Below, one piece after another: positions 42,474 through 51,870 of a DNA stretch of 64,000 nucleotides. Position 1 is the stretch's first letter. Each line of letters starts with the position of its first letter. The DNA lies in contig OY760074.1 of NCBI GenBank assembly GCA_963663035.1, positions 2,109,570 through 2,173,569 on the forward strand. The letters run 5' to 3'. This DNA is from Acidobacteriota bacterium (GTDB taxonomy: Bacteria > Acidobacteriota > UBA6911 > RPQK01 > JADFOI01). Made by a program: the position numbers and the translations under genes. The notes below the pieces were generated by a model, which ran no database searches, was not told the DNA's origin, and worked only from the letters and a program-made list of their open reading frames with translations.

Positions 42474-43793
42474 ATGGATGGCTTAACTCAATTTTCGCTC
42501 ATCATGGTGGCACTATCCCTGGTTTTCCTGAACGGATTCTTTGTGGCTTCTGAGTTCTCAATTGTCAAAGTGAGAGGTAGCCGGATCCAAGAGTTGAGCC
42601 AGCAAGGAAAACGAGGTGCTGGAAGGGCTCAGTCCCTGCTCCACAGAATGGATGAGTATCTTTCTGTCACCCAGTTAGGGATTACCATTGCCAGTCTGGC
42701 TCTAGGCTGGATAGGCGAACCCGCATTTGCCTCCCTGTTTGAGCCGCTCTTGAGGAATATTGGAGGCCTGCAGCCGGTCCTCACACACACTCTGGCTGCT
42801 TTTTCGGCCTTTTTGCTCATTACCTTTTTGCACATCGTGGTGGGAGAACTTGCACCCAAATCGCTGGCCATTTACAGAGCCGAGAGTGTAATTCTTTGGA
42901 TCGGTCGACCCTTAGCCTGGATTTATAGGATTTCTTACCCTTTCATTTGGGTACTCAATGGAACTGCCAACTTCCTTTTGCGACTGTTGGGTTTCAGCCC
43001 CATGTCAGAAGTTGATCTAGCCCATTCTGAGGAGGAGTTGCGTCTGATTCTGGCCGATTCACATGCTCAGGGGATTTTGGATCGTGAACAAAGGAAGATG
43101 TTGGAGCGAGTCTTTGACTTCGCAGATCGTTCCGTGCGACAGGTTATGGTCCCTTCCACAGAGGTCGTTTTCCTCGACTTACAGAAGAGTCTCGACGAAA
43201 ACCTGGAGATTGCCCGCAATGACCGACACACTCGTTATCTGCTCTGTGACCAAACACTCGACAAGGTGGCAGGGATCCTCCATGTCAAAGACCTCTTTTG
43301 GCAATATCGGCAGCTGGGGAAGAACTTTAACCTGACCCTGGTCAAGAGACCTGTTCAGTTTGTACCGGAAAGCAAATTAATAAAAACCTTGTTGACAGAA
43401 TTTCGACGCAATAGAACTCATCTTGCGGTGGTTGTGGATGAATATGGTGCAACCATAGGGATCGTTACCGTGGAAGATATCCTGGAAGAATTGGTGGGTG
43501 AGATTCAAGATGAGTTTGACATCGAGGTGCCCCCACAAATGATCCAAAAGACCGGGGAACACCAGTATATGATTCATGGAAGGGCCTTGTTGGTGGAGGT
43601 TGAGCAGAACCTGGGCATTTCGATTGAGGATAAAGAAAACGACACCATGGGCGGCCACATCATGATGTTGTTGGGGCGGACTGCAGATGTGGGAGACGAG
43701 CTGACTGTTGCCGATCAATATCGGGTTCACGTGGTGGGAATGAAAGGGCTCCAAATCACTGACCTGGTCTTTGAAAAGCTGAAAGCTGACTGA
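42474..43793 (+). CDS. hemolysin/CorC family protein (CNNM/DUF21 TM domain, CBS pair, CorC_HlyC domain)
   Basis: N-terminal VASEFSIVKVR and GELAPKS. CBS region VRQVMVP, HLAVVVDEYGATIGIVTVEDILEELVGEI. Confidence 0.85.
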   Translation: MDGLTQFSLIMVALSLVFLNGFFVASEFSIVKVRGSRIQELSQQGKRGAGRAQSLLHRMDEYLSVTQLGITIASLALGWIGEPAFASLFEPLLRNIGGLQPVLTHTLAAFSAFLLITFLHIVVGELAPKSLAIYRAESVILWIGRPLAWIYRISYPFIWVLNGTANFLLRLLGFSPMSEVDLAHSEEELRLILADSHAQGILDREQRKMLERVFDFADRSVRQVMVPSTEVVFLDLQKSLDENLEIARNDRHTRYLLCDQTLDKVAGILHVKDLFWQYRQLGKNFNLTLVKRPVQFVPESKLIKTLLTEFRRNRTHLAVVVDEYGATIGIVTVEDILEELVGEIQDEFDIEVPPQMIQKTGEHQYMIHGRALLVEVEQNLGISIEDKENDTMGGHIMMLLGRTADVGDELTVADQYRVHVVGMKGLQITDLVFEKLKAD

Positions 43794-44762
43794 ATGGTTC
43801 GAAGCGATCTCGGGCGGAAAGTCATGCAACCAATCGTGGAGTGTGTGATGAACGTCAGCGAGGGCAGGGATACAGCAAAACTCCAAGCTATTGCCCGTGA
43901 GATCGAGACCGATCCAGATGCATTTCTGCTCGAAGTCGAACACGATCCCGATCACCACCGCAGTGTTTTTTCTTTTGTTGGGACACCCTCCGCAATTTTC
44001 GAGGCAACTTTCGCCGCGGTGAAAAAGGCTGTCCGTCTGATTGATATGAGGGTACATCGAGGAGTCCATCCACGTATTGGAGCGGTGGACGTTATTCCTT
44101 TTGTGCCGCTTCTGAAAGTTTCCATGAAAGAGTGCGTGGAAATGGCCTGCCGGCTGGGAAAGAAAATATCCCAGGTGTTGCAGGTTCCGGTTTATCTCTA
44201 TGCTGAAGCAGCCTCACGCCCCGAGCTTGAGCATCTTTGGGTGATTCGAAAGGGTCAACTTGAAGGACTCCGAGAACAGATCAAGTCAGATGCAAGCAGA
44301 AAACCTGATTTTGGGCCCAACCGTTTGCATCCCACGGCGGGTGCCACCATCGTGGGAGCACGTCGACCTCTTATCGCTTTCAATGTCTACCTGAAGACCT
44401 CAGATGTTGCTCTGGCTCGAAGAATCGCCGATGCTGTTCGCGGTAGTGCAGGCGGGCTTCCTGGAGTCCGGGCACTGGGATTTTTCATCCAGCACAAGGG
44501 TCTCGCACAAGTCTCTATGAACGTCACCGACTATCATGAGACTTCTTTACTGAAGGTCTTCAAAAGGGTACAAAAAGAGGCTCGCCGACTCCAAACAGGT
44601 ATCGTTTCAAGTGAAATCATCGGGCTGGTACCCAGGGAAGCGATCAACGACCTGACCATCAGGACACTCCACCTGGAAAACTTTCACCCAGGCAAGCTCT
44701 TAGAGAATAGAATTGCTGAGGTGATGAAGAGCAAGCGGGCTTTCTCATGCACGTCGTCTTAG
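43794..44762 (+). CDS. glutamate formimidoyltransferase (FTCD N-terminal type)
   Basis: IVECVMNVSEGRD ... DPDHHRSVFSFVG ... HPRIGAVDVIPFVP. The start could instead be at 43824. Confidence 0.75.
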   Translation: MVRSDLGRKVMQPIVECVMNVSEGRDTAKLQAIAREIETDPDAFLLEVEHDPDHHRSVFSFVGTPSAIFEATFAAVKKAVRLIDMRVHRGVHPRIGAVDVIPFVPLLKVSMKECVEMACRLGKKISQVLQVPVYLYAEAASRPELEHLWVIRKGQLEGLREQIKSDASRKPDFGPNRLHPTAGATIVGARRPLIAFNVYLKTSDVALARRIADAVRGSAGGLPGVRALGFFIQHKGLAQVSMNVTDYHETSLLKVFKRVQKEARRLQTGIVSSEIIGLVPREAINDLTIRTLHLENFHPGKLLENRIAEVMKSKRAFSCTSS

Positions 44763-45202
44763 TGGAACCTGAGATTCCACCCAACACAGGAAACGTAGCT
44801 CGCCTCTGTGCAGCGACCCAACTCCCACTGCACTTGGTGGGCAAACTGGGGTTTAGCATTACCGATCGCCACCTCAGGAGAGCCGGACTTGATTACTGGG
44901 ACTGCGTGCAAGTCCACCGTCATGAATCAGTCCAGGAGTTCTTCGCCAGGGTCCCTTCCCGCCAGCTTCTCTTCTTCTCGAAGAAAGGGCACAAAACGTA
45001 TGTCAACGCTGCATTCAAGGAAGATGATTTCCTGGTATTCGGCAGCGAGACAAAAGGCCTTCCCTCCTGGATTTTCGAACAATATCCGGACAACATCTGG
45101 CGGATACCCATCTTTCACCCCCAGGTTCGCAGTCTGAACCTGTCAGGAGCTGTATCGATTGTTGTCTACGAAGCCCTACGTCAGACGGGGAAGCTGGCTT
45201 AA
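44747..45202 (+). CDS. trmL: tRNA (cytidine/uridine-2'-O-)-methyltransferase TrmL (SpoU family)
   Basis: VVLVEPEIPPNTGNVARLC ... LVFGSETKGLP ... IPIFHPQVRSLNLSGAVSIVVYEALRQ. Confidence 0.9.
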   Translation: MHVVLVEPEIPPNTGNVARLCAATQLPLHLVGKLGFSITDRHLRRAGLDYWDCVQVHRHESVQEFFARVPSRQLLFFSKKGHKTYVNAAFKEDDFLVFGSETKGLPSWIFEQYPDNIWRIPIFHPQVRSLNLSGAVSIVVYEALRQTGKLA

Positions 45203-45222
45203 GTCAGGTCAGGTCAGGTCAG
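45203..45222. repeat. (GTCAG)x4 pentamer array directly after the trmL stop
   Basis: GTCAGGTCAGGTCAGGTCAG. On the minus strand this is (CTGAC)x4, which gives TGA in all three frames. Confidence 0.85.
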
Positions 45223-45421
45223 CCCGCATTTCTCACACTAGGTCGTCGCGAAGCGGCGAAAGGGCCGGAAAACAGAGCCGTGGGCTTTAGCCCACGGGCC
45301 CGCAGGCTAAAGCCTGCGGCTCCGACTGGCGCGCGAGGGACAGTACCCGCTTGCGGGTCGTGCAACGCAGTCAGGTCGGATCATTGCGCCGATGCAGTAG
45401 ACCTAATGTGAGAAGTGCGGG
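45223..45421. mobile_element. MITE family B, copy 2 (199 bp), inverted relative to copy 1
   Basis: Ends CCCGCATTTCTCACAC / GTGAGAAGTGCGGG, flanked by TCAG and CTTA. Twin hairpins at 45278-45297 and 45300-45319. Confidence 0.8.
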
Positions 45422-45422
45422 C

Positions 45423-46079
45423 TTAGACCCCTCGGGTCTCGGCGCCCCACAGGATCTTATGCAGTTGTACCTGCAATCGGACCAAAAGACCGTCCTCCAG
45501 CACCCACTCGGCCAGTTCACGAAGATCGAGCTGCTCCCAGACAGGAGAGAACAAGACAGTGTGCTTTCCGAGCAGACCCAATTCACGAATCTTCGTCCTG
45601 GCCCAGTCATAGTCTCGGCGGGATCCCAGGACGAACTTGATTTCATCCTGGGCCTTGAGATGAGGCAGATTTCCCCAACTGTTCTTCTCTTCCATTCCAC
45701 TGTCAGGGCATTTGATGTCATAAATCAGGACAGCTCGAGAGTCGACAGGGCGAACATCGATGCTTCCTCCAGTTTCGATCAGGACCGTTTTTCCGTCATC
45801 GAGGAAACGTTTGATCAGTGGAAAGACGGAGGACTGAAGAAGCGGCTCCCCACCCGTGATCTCCACCAGATCGGTGGGAAAACCCTCAACTCTATCAACG
45901 ATCTCATCCAAGGATAGCTTCTGACCTTCAGAGAAAGCATACTCTGTATCACAATAAGTACAGCGTAAATTACAATACGCCAATCGCACAAACGCGCAGG
46001 GGCTCCCAGCATAGCTGGATTCACCCTGAATGCTGTAAAAGATCTCGTTGACAACCAGGTTATCGTTCATTTTCGTCAC
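45423..46079 (-). CDS. queE: 7-carboxy-7-deazaguanine synthase (radical SAM)
   Basis: EIFYSIQGES ... FVRLAYCNLRCTYCDTEY (CxxxCxxC cluster motif). Confidence 0.9.
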   Translation of the reverse strand: MTKMNDNLVVNEIFYSIQGESSYAGSPCAFVRLAYCNLRCTYCDTEYAFSEGQKLSLDEIVDRVEGFPTDLVEITGGEPLLQSSVFPLIKRFLDDGKTVLIETGGSIDVRPVDSRAVLIYDIKCPDSGMEEKNSWGNLPHLKAQDEIKFVLGSRRDYDWARTKIRELGLLGKHTVLFSPVWEQLDLRELAEWVLEDGLLVRLQVQLHKILWGAETRGV

Positions 46080-46191
46080 CTTGGGACAGGCTCCTTCGGT
46101 ATTATAACGGATACGGAATTCGGGGAAAAACGGTTCTTACATGTGTTAAAATCGGTGCCAAACAGAGCTTGACAGGGAAGTTTCAAGAAAA

Positions 46192-47934
46192 ATGAGTGTC
46201 CTAATAAGCCGAGGCAACTTAAAGCTTTTTGCCATATTCTTCAGTATGACTCTGTGGCTCAGTGCCGGTGTGAGAAGTGAGGTCAAGGACTGGTACGTGC
46301 AGAATTTCGAGAACAAGGCCATGTTTCTGAAGATCCCGATTCGAGGCCAGCGCCAGATTCTGCACGTCAGAGCCACCAGTCCCGTTCTTGATCCTGCGTC
46401 TGCTAACCTTCCTTTGCTTTTTAAGGTTGGAGATCAAGTGCGAATCACGGAGGTGAACTTTAGAGATGATTCCGTTCGCTTCAAAATCGCATCCACGGAT
46501 CTGGGCCAAGAAAGCGAGATCCACTTTCAGTTTCCTCAGCAGCTCAGCCAGGATTTTAGTCAGCAACCGACCTTCGATTTGACCTTACTGGCTACCTTCA
46601 CCGAAGGGCTCTCCTATACCGATATCGAGTCTGCTAAGGAGGAGTTCATCAAGAGCCAATTCGACCAGTTCATCCAACAGCTCGCTCACTCCAACAATAC
46701 CTCCGCCGAAGTTGTGCGGAGTACTCTGGGCGAAACATTCCCTGAGCATCAACTGCTGCAAGAAGAAGCTAACAGCCTAAAGAGTAAGCTGCAAAGAGTT
46801 GAACAGACTCTACTTGATGAGAGTCAAGCAGGGCAAGAGGTGCAGTCACAGTTGGCTCGCTTTCAAGAGGAATTGGATCAAACAAGGATTGACCTCAGTG
46901 CGGTACAAGGCGAGCGAGATGACCTGTTGGAGGAAATCAAGTCTGCTGAAAGACGAACTGATGACTTTCGCAAGAGCGCCGAGGAATACGAACAGCAAAT
47001 GAATTCCCTGGTGGAAAACCTGAACCTGAAGACATCTTCGGCAAGCAGCCTGGGCGCGCAAGTTAGCGTCTTGAACGACTCGATCCAGACCCTGCGGCAG
47101 GAACAAATCACCCGGGGCCGAAAGCTTGAAGAGGTCAACACCCAGCTGCAGGAATTGCAAGTGAAGAACCGGGAACTGTCCGAAGACCTGAAGGACGCCC
47201 AAGATGAAAGGCAAAAAGTGTGGGATAACCTCAGCGTTCTGACCTCTAACAGAAAGAGCCTCGAGGCCCGCTACGTTGCCAGTCAAGAGGAGAATGAACA
47301 GTTGCAGAATGCTGCTGTTTTGAGCGACTCGCTACATCTGGAAAGAAGACTCGAACGTCGAGAGGAAGGTACGTTTCAGCTTGCTGATCTTTACCTGCTG
47401 AGTCAACACATTGCTACTCTGGAGATGCAGGTTCCCCCCTATTCGGGTACGGTAAATCCGGTGCGTTTTTCGATGCACTCGCCTGACATGGTGAAATTTT
47501 CCGAGGAAGAACGGGAGATTTACGAGGTTCTGGGGGAACCGTTTAAGATCGAGACAAGCTGGCAATCCAGCTCTAATGACTTGAAGTTCCTCTTATTGAA
47601 CACGGAGGCCATTCAAACCGTTGGCCCCAGAGAGACCGTCGAATGGCCCTGGCTGTTTCAAGGAGAAATCTCTCAGCCGGAGCAGGCTTCACTGATCACA
47701 TCTTTGGTGAGTCCAGAGGGCAGGGAAACTTTTATAGGTTCTCAGGACGTTACAGTGAACCCCGGGCATGTGATGGCCCGTTTACAGCAGTCAATTTCAC
47801 CGCTGTCACTTCTGGCTGGGGCAGTACTGACGATGGCTGTTTTGGGACTGGTCTTTGGAATACGGGGACGCTCTCGGTCTACAGCAAGCAAGCAGACAGT
47901 GCGTCGCGACCAGGTCATCCAGAAAAAATTCTAA
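46192..47934 (+). CDS. large coiled-coil protein with N-terminal signal peptide and C-terminal TM anchor, function unknown
   Basis: 580 aa. The signal-like N-terminus is followed by an uninterrupted heptad-rich region of about 250 aa (LQEEANSLKSKLQRVEQTLLDE ...). C-terminal segment LSLLAGAVLTMAVLGLVFGI, then basic residues. Confidence 0.75.
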   Translation: MSVLISRGNLKLFAIFFSMTLWLSAGVRSEVKDWYVQNFENKAMFLKIPIRGQRQILHVRATSPVLDPASANLPLLFKVGDQVRITEVNFRDDSVRFKIASTDLGQESEIHFQFPQQLSQDFSQQPTFDLTLLATFTEGLSYTDIESAKEEFIKSQFDQFIQQLAHSNNTSAEVVRSTLGETFPEHQLLQEEANSLKSKLQRVEQTLLDESQAGQEVQSQLARFQEELDQTRIDLSAVQGERDDLLEEIKSAERRTDDFRKSAEEYEQQMNSLVENLNLKTSSASSLGAQVSVLNDSIQTLRQEQITRGRKLEEVNTQLQELQVKNRELSEDLKDAQDERQKVWDNLSVLTSNRKSLEARYVASQEENEQLQNAAVLSDSLHLERRLERREEGTFQLADLYLLSQHIATLEMQVPPYSGTVNPVRFSMHSPDMVKFSEEEREIYEVLGEPFKIETSWQSSSNDLKFLLLNTEAIQTVGPRETVEWPWLFQGEISQPEQASLITSLVSPEGRETFIGSQDVTVNPGHVMARLQQSISPLSLLAGAVLTMAVLGLVFGIRGRSRSTASKQTVRRDQVIQKKF

Positions 47935-47941
47935 ACTTTGG

Positions 47942-48172
47942 CTACTCTTTCTGGGTCTCGGTCAGATGATAGCCGTTTTCTTTGAACTTCTTACCCTCTT
48001 CGGTCAACTCAGGGTCGTCCTGTTCAGGTTCCGGAATACGGGTATGGCAAAAGACACACAGCTTCCCCGTTTCTTTCCGATACTTCAATGTAGCCTCAGC
48101 CGTGGACTCGAACAAAAGCAAGAAAAAGCCACAGAGAATGATCGAGAAGGCTGTCACCTGGAGTGTTTTCAT
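47942..48172 (-). CDS. small membrane-anchored CxxCH-motif protein (76 aa; candidate mono-haem cytochrome c-like)
   Basis: MKTLQVTAFSIILCGFFLLLF anchor, then KLCVFCHTRIP (CxxCH). The 205-aa track ORF is an extension antisense to nth. Confidence 0.5.
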   Translation of the reverse strand: MKTLQVTAFSIILCGFFLLLFESTAEATLKYRKETGKLCVFCHTRIPEPEQDDPELTEEGKKFKENGYHLTETQKE

Positions 48173-48235
48173 TCCACTTGCTCTGGGAATTTGCCCTGAT
48201 TCGTTTCGGTTCCTCCTGCGATGGTATGATGAGTA

Positions 48236-48916
48236 TTGCTGATGTGTCCACAAAAATCTGCCACGAAAAGGGAAGCCAAGGAGGAACATCGGATTGCTGA
48301 GATTCTCAGGCGACTGGACAGGGAGTATCCTGATGCTCAGTGCGCTCTTCATTACGAGAATCCCTATCAGCTTCTCGTGGCTACAATCCTGTCCGCTCAA
48401 TGCACGGATAAGCGAGTGAACATGGTCACGCCTCAACTGTTTACTCGCTACCCGACACCGGAAGACATGGCCCAGGCTAAAGAGGAAGAGTTGCAGGAAT
48501 TGATCCGGAGTACTGGTTTTTTTCGGAACAAGGCCAAGAATCTGGTGGGGGCCGCTCAAGGGATAACTGCAGAATCCGAAGGGAAAGTTCCTGAAAGCAT
48601 GGAGAAACTGTTAAAACTACCCGGTGTAGCGCGAAAGACAGCCAATGTCGTTTTGGGCACAGGTTTTGGAATCACCAGCGGCATAGTTGTAGACACCCAT
48701 GTCAAGCGTCTGAGCCACCGCTTGGGCATGACCACCCAGAAAGATCCCAACAAGATCGAGCTAGATCTCATGGGCCAGATTCCCGAATATCATTGGATCG
48801 GTTTTTCCCACCAGTTAATTCATCATGGTCGACGGATCTGCAAGAGCCGCAAGCCGAGCTGTGAAGCATGTTTCTTAGCCAATCTTTGTCCTTATTACCT
48901 AAGTGAATGCCCGTAA
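48236..48916 (+). CDS. nth: endonuclease III
   Basis: LVATILSAQCTD, the HhH-GPD region LPGVARKTANVVL, and the 4Fe-4S ending CKSRKPSCEACFLANLC. Confidence 0.9.
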   Translation: MLMCPQKSATKREAKEEHRIAEILRRLDREYPDAQCALHYENPYQLLVATILSAQCTDKRVNMVTPQLFTRYPTPEDMAQAKEEELQELIRSTGFFRNKAKNLVGAAQGITAESEGKVPESMEKLLKLPGVARKTANVVLGTGFGITSGIVVDTHVKRLSHRLGMTTQKDPNKIELDLMGQIPEYHWIGFSHQLIHHGRRICKSRKPSCEACFLANLCPYYLSECP

Positions 48917-50040
48917 CTTTCAAGTACTCCAATATATTTTTCAGCCTCGCTTTCGTTCTCATCCTCTACCTGTTTTACAAGATGATCCAACCCTTTCTCA
49001 TCAGCGTGATTTTATCCCTGACTCTGGTGTCACTTTTCTATGCAAACTATCTTGAACTGAACCGGAAACTGAAGGGTCGCTCAAATCTGAGTTCCGCCCT
49101 TATGTGTCTCATCGTCACAATCCTGATCATTATTCCCTTTTTTGTTTTCTTCATCGCCCTCCTCAACGAGTTTGTTTTTGCTTATGAAAGCTTTCAGGTT
49201 CAATTGGCAAGCGGAGAGCTGGGGCGAAATCTCTACTGGCCGGAAAGCGCCTTCTTGAGAGAAGTTCACGAGCAGTTCAGCCAATTCCTAGGCATAGAAG
49301 GGTTGAACCTGACTCTGGTGATTTCATCACTGCTGGATCGAGTGGCCCGCTATCTAACGGAGCATTATGCTTCGATTTTGGGAGGGATCGGAGCATTCTT
49401 TTTTAAGTTCTCCATCATGGTCTTCAGCATGTTCTTTTTCTTCCGTGACGGCGAAGCCCTTGTTCGAGAGCTGAAGAAATTGATCCCTTTGGCCCCAGAG
49501 CATGAGGATCTGGTGCTCAAGAAGTTAAAAGACGTCACCTATGCGACATTTTTCGGGATCTTTGCGACAGGGATTTGTCAGGGAATCGTTGCCGGTTTTA
49601 TCTTCACCTTCTTGGGGATCAACAATGCAATCTTGTGGGGAACGGCTACCGCAGTCTTTTCTCTCGTCCCCTTGATTGGAACGGCCACGGTGTGGATTCC
49701 CATGAGTCTTTATTTGATCTCCACTGGAGCGGTGACAAGAGGTGTCATCCTGTTCCTTCTCGGATTGACGATCATTGGAGTGGTCGACAATTTAATTCGT
49801 CCACTCATCATCGAAGGAAAATCCCAAGGAATGCATCTGTTACTCGTTGTCTTCTCTCTAGCGGGTGGCCTCATGTTGTTCGGACCCTCCGGGTTAGTGC
49901 TTGGACCCCTTGTGGCAGCACTGTTTGTAACCTTTCTGGAAATTTATAAGATCGAGTTCGAGGAGCAGCTGGTTACGGAGGACCAAGCCACCCCAGAGCT
50001 CACCACACAGGAAGAGAAAGCAGCAACACCCTCAGTCTAA
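48907..50040 (+). CDS. AI-2E family transporter (UPF0118), paralog 2
   Basis: Same architecture and conserved block as the 17791 gene (VFSLVPLIGTATVWIPMSLYL ... VDNLIRPLIIEGKSQGMHLLLVVFSLAGG). Confidence 0.85.
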   Translation: MPVTFKYSNIFFSLAFVLILYLFYKMIQPFLISVILSLTLVSLFYANYLELNRKLKGRSNLSSALMCLIVTILIIIPFFVFFIALLNEFVFAYESFQVQLASGELGRNLYWPESAFLREVHEQFSQFLGIEGLNLTLVISSLLDRVARYLTEHYASILGGIGAFFFKFSIMVFSMFFFFRDGEALVRELKKLIPLAPEHEDLVLKKLKDVTYATFFGIFATGICQGIVAGFIFTFLGINNAILWGTATAVFSLVPLIGTATVWIPMSLYLISTGAVTRGVILFLLGLTIIGVVDNLIRPLIIEGKSQGMHLLLVVFSLAGGLMLFGPSGLVLGPLVAALFVTFLEIYKIEFEEQLVTEDQATPELTTQEEKAATPSV

Positions 50041-50852
50041 TGGCCTCTCTGCAGCCCATCCCCAAAGTTTTGACCATTGCGGGATCCGACAGCGGCGGTT
50101 GTGCCGGTATCCAGGCCGATCTCAAGACCTTCGCAGCATTAGAAGTGCACGGAATGAGCGTCATCACGTCAGTGACTGCGCAGAACACCAGGAAGGTCTT
50201 AATGGCCTCTGACCTCCCACTTGAGAATATCCAACGCCAGATTGAAGCGGTTCTGGAGGACATTGGCGCCGATGCGGTCAAGACTGGAATGCTCCCCTCC
50301 CCAGAGATCATTGAGTTAGTGAGCGAGAACGTGAGGCGATTTCGTATGGAGCGCTTGGTTGTGGACCCGGTTATGGTGAGTACTGGAGGTGATCTCCTTA
50401 TTAGTCCGGAGGCAACGGAGGTCATGAAGACAAAGCTGTTTCCCCAGGCATTAGTCGTCACCCCCAACCTGCGAGAAGCAGAAGTCCTGACGGGAGGCAA
50501 AATCACAAAACAGGAAAACTTGAAACAGGCAGTGCGGCAGATTTTGGAACTGGGACCCCGTTCGGTGATTATAAAGGGCGGACACTTTGCAGATCCGAAA
50601 CAATCTATCGATTATTTCTTTGACGGTGAGGAATTCATACCATTTCCAGGTTCTCGATTGGAAACGCGGAACACTCACGGCAGCGGCTGCACGTTCGCTT
50701 CAGCCATAGCTGCTTACTTGGCCCATGGACTGGACCTGAAGGAGGCTATCTCGTACGCTAAAGAGTACATAACTGAAGCCATTCGCCATTCCTTTCCACT
50801 TGGAAGCGGCCACGGACCGCTGGGGCATTTTTGGAAATACTGGAAACAGTGA
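50040..50852 (+). CDS. thiD: hydroxymethylpyrimidine/phosphomethylpyrimidine kinase
   Basis: VLTIAGSDSGGCAGIQADLKTF ... VVDPVMVSTGG ... HGSGCTFASAIAAYLA. The ATG shares one base with the upstream TAA (TAATG). Confidence 0.9.
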   Translation: MASLQPIPKVLTIAGSDSGGCAGIQADLKTFAALEVHGMSVITSVTAQNTRKVLMASDLPLENIQRQIEAVLEDIGADAVKTGMLPSPEIIELVSENVRRFRMERLVVDPVMVSTGGDLLISPEATEVMKTKLFPQALVVTPNLREAEVLTGGKITKQENLKQAVRQILELGPRSVIIKGGHFADPKQSIDYFFDGEEFIPFPGSRLETRNTHGSGCTFASAIAAYLAHGLDLKEAISYAKEYITEAIRHSFPLGSGHGPLGHFWKYWKQ

Positions 50853-50961
50853 GCCATGATCAGCTGAGCAGCCCGCTTTGTTCCCGTACCCATTTATGAT
50901 AATCTAGAAGAGACGAGGTGCTAAGTGACTATCGTGCTAAGTCCGTGAAAGGAGTTAAGTT

Positions 50962-51327
50962 ATGGCTTCTACAGGAGACAAATTCATTTACTTCTTGGTA
51001 GGAGGATTTGTCGGGGCATCCATTGCCTTAATTCTTGCTCCCAAAACAGGAGAAGAAACCAGAGAATACTTAGAAAACAGATACAAAGAAGGAACTGATC
51101 GGTTAACCGGGAAGGTCCAAGAAGGGAAAGAGCTGGTGACAGAAAAGTCGCTGTCCATGGCCGGGCAGGTAACCGACCGGATCGATCAAGGCAAGGACAT
51201 GTTACAGCGCCAGAAGGAACAGGCCTCCGCTGCAATTGCGGCGGGAAAAGAGGCCTATGAAAGGGAGAGGAGCAAACTGACAGGTGTGAACAGTGGGAAA
51301 AAAAGTAAAAAGAAATCAGCTTCCTAA
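50962..51327 (+). CDS. YtxH domain protein
   Basis: FLVGGFVGASIALILAPKTGEETR N-terminus followed by a charged helical tail. Confidence 0.75.
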   Translation: MASTGDKFIYFLVGGFVGASIALILAPKTGEETREYLENRYKEGTDRLTGKVQEGKELVTEKSLSMAGQVTDRIDQGKDMLQRQKEQASAAIAAGKEAYERERSKLTGVNSGKKSKKKSAS

Positions 51328-51366
51328 GGAGTTGATCCCGGGATGCCGGGTTGAAAGGAGTGCCTC

Positions 51367-51870
51367 GTGAGTCTTGAAATTCTTCTCGTTATCTTCGTCG
51401 GCATTAGCGCACTAGCGTTGCTGCTCCAGAGCCTTTCCATTTGGAAGGCTGCGCGATCCGTCACGCAGATGCTACACAGACTGGACCGACAATCAAAAGA
51501 GTTGCAAGAAGATGCTTCCGAACTGATAGGAGGGATCCAGGGAATTGTGGAGAGCATGGCACCCCTGAGCAGAATCACGGAAAACCTGAAGACCAATATG
51601 GACCTTATCTCGGAGATGGTGAAGAACCGAGCTCAAGACCTCGACACATTCGTCCAGGAAATAACGGAGATGAGTCGGGAACAGGGATCCAAGGTCAACT
51701 ATGTGGTCAGCGACACTATCCAGAAGTTCGAGCAGACGACGGAGATGCTTCATGAGGATCTGCTCAAGCCAGCCGTTGAGATTTCTTCATTCTTAAGGGG
51801 AATCAAAGCAGGACTGGGCTATCTCTTCAACAAGAAGGCCCGCATCTTCCAGATGACAGCCCGGAGATAA
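51367..51870 (+). CDS. membrane-anchored coiled-coil protein (DUF948-like, tentative)
   Basis: N-terminal TM segment LLVIFVGISALALLLQSL, then a helical region. GTG start preceded by AAGGAG. Confidence 0.6.
   Translation: MSLEILLVIFVGISALALLLQSLSIWKAARSVTQMLHRLDRQSKELQEDASELIGGIQGIVESMAPLSRITENLKTNMDLISEMVKNRAQDLDTFVQEITEMSREQGSKVNYVVSDTIQKFEQTTEMLHEDLLKPAVEISSFLRGIKAGLGYLFNKKARIFQMTARR

Noticed and set aside
46080-46191. preQ1 riboswitch upstream of queE, and a TPP riboswitch upstream of thiD (about 50000)
   Set aside because: I could not find the conserved preQ1-I loop or tail motif in the 110-nt queE leader. thiD has no leader at all, because its start overlaps the upstream stop.
48173-48559. 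Upstream two-thirds of the 205-aa minus-strand ORF 47942-48559
   Set aside because: It is antisense to the well-supported nth gene and has no RBS. Only the last 76 codons, with a TM segment and CxxCH, look like a gene.
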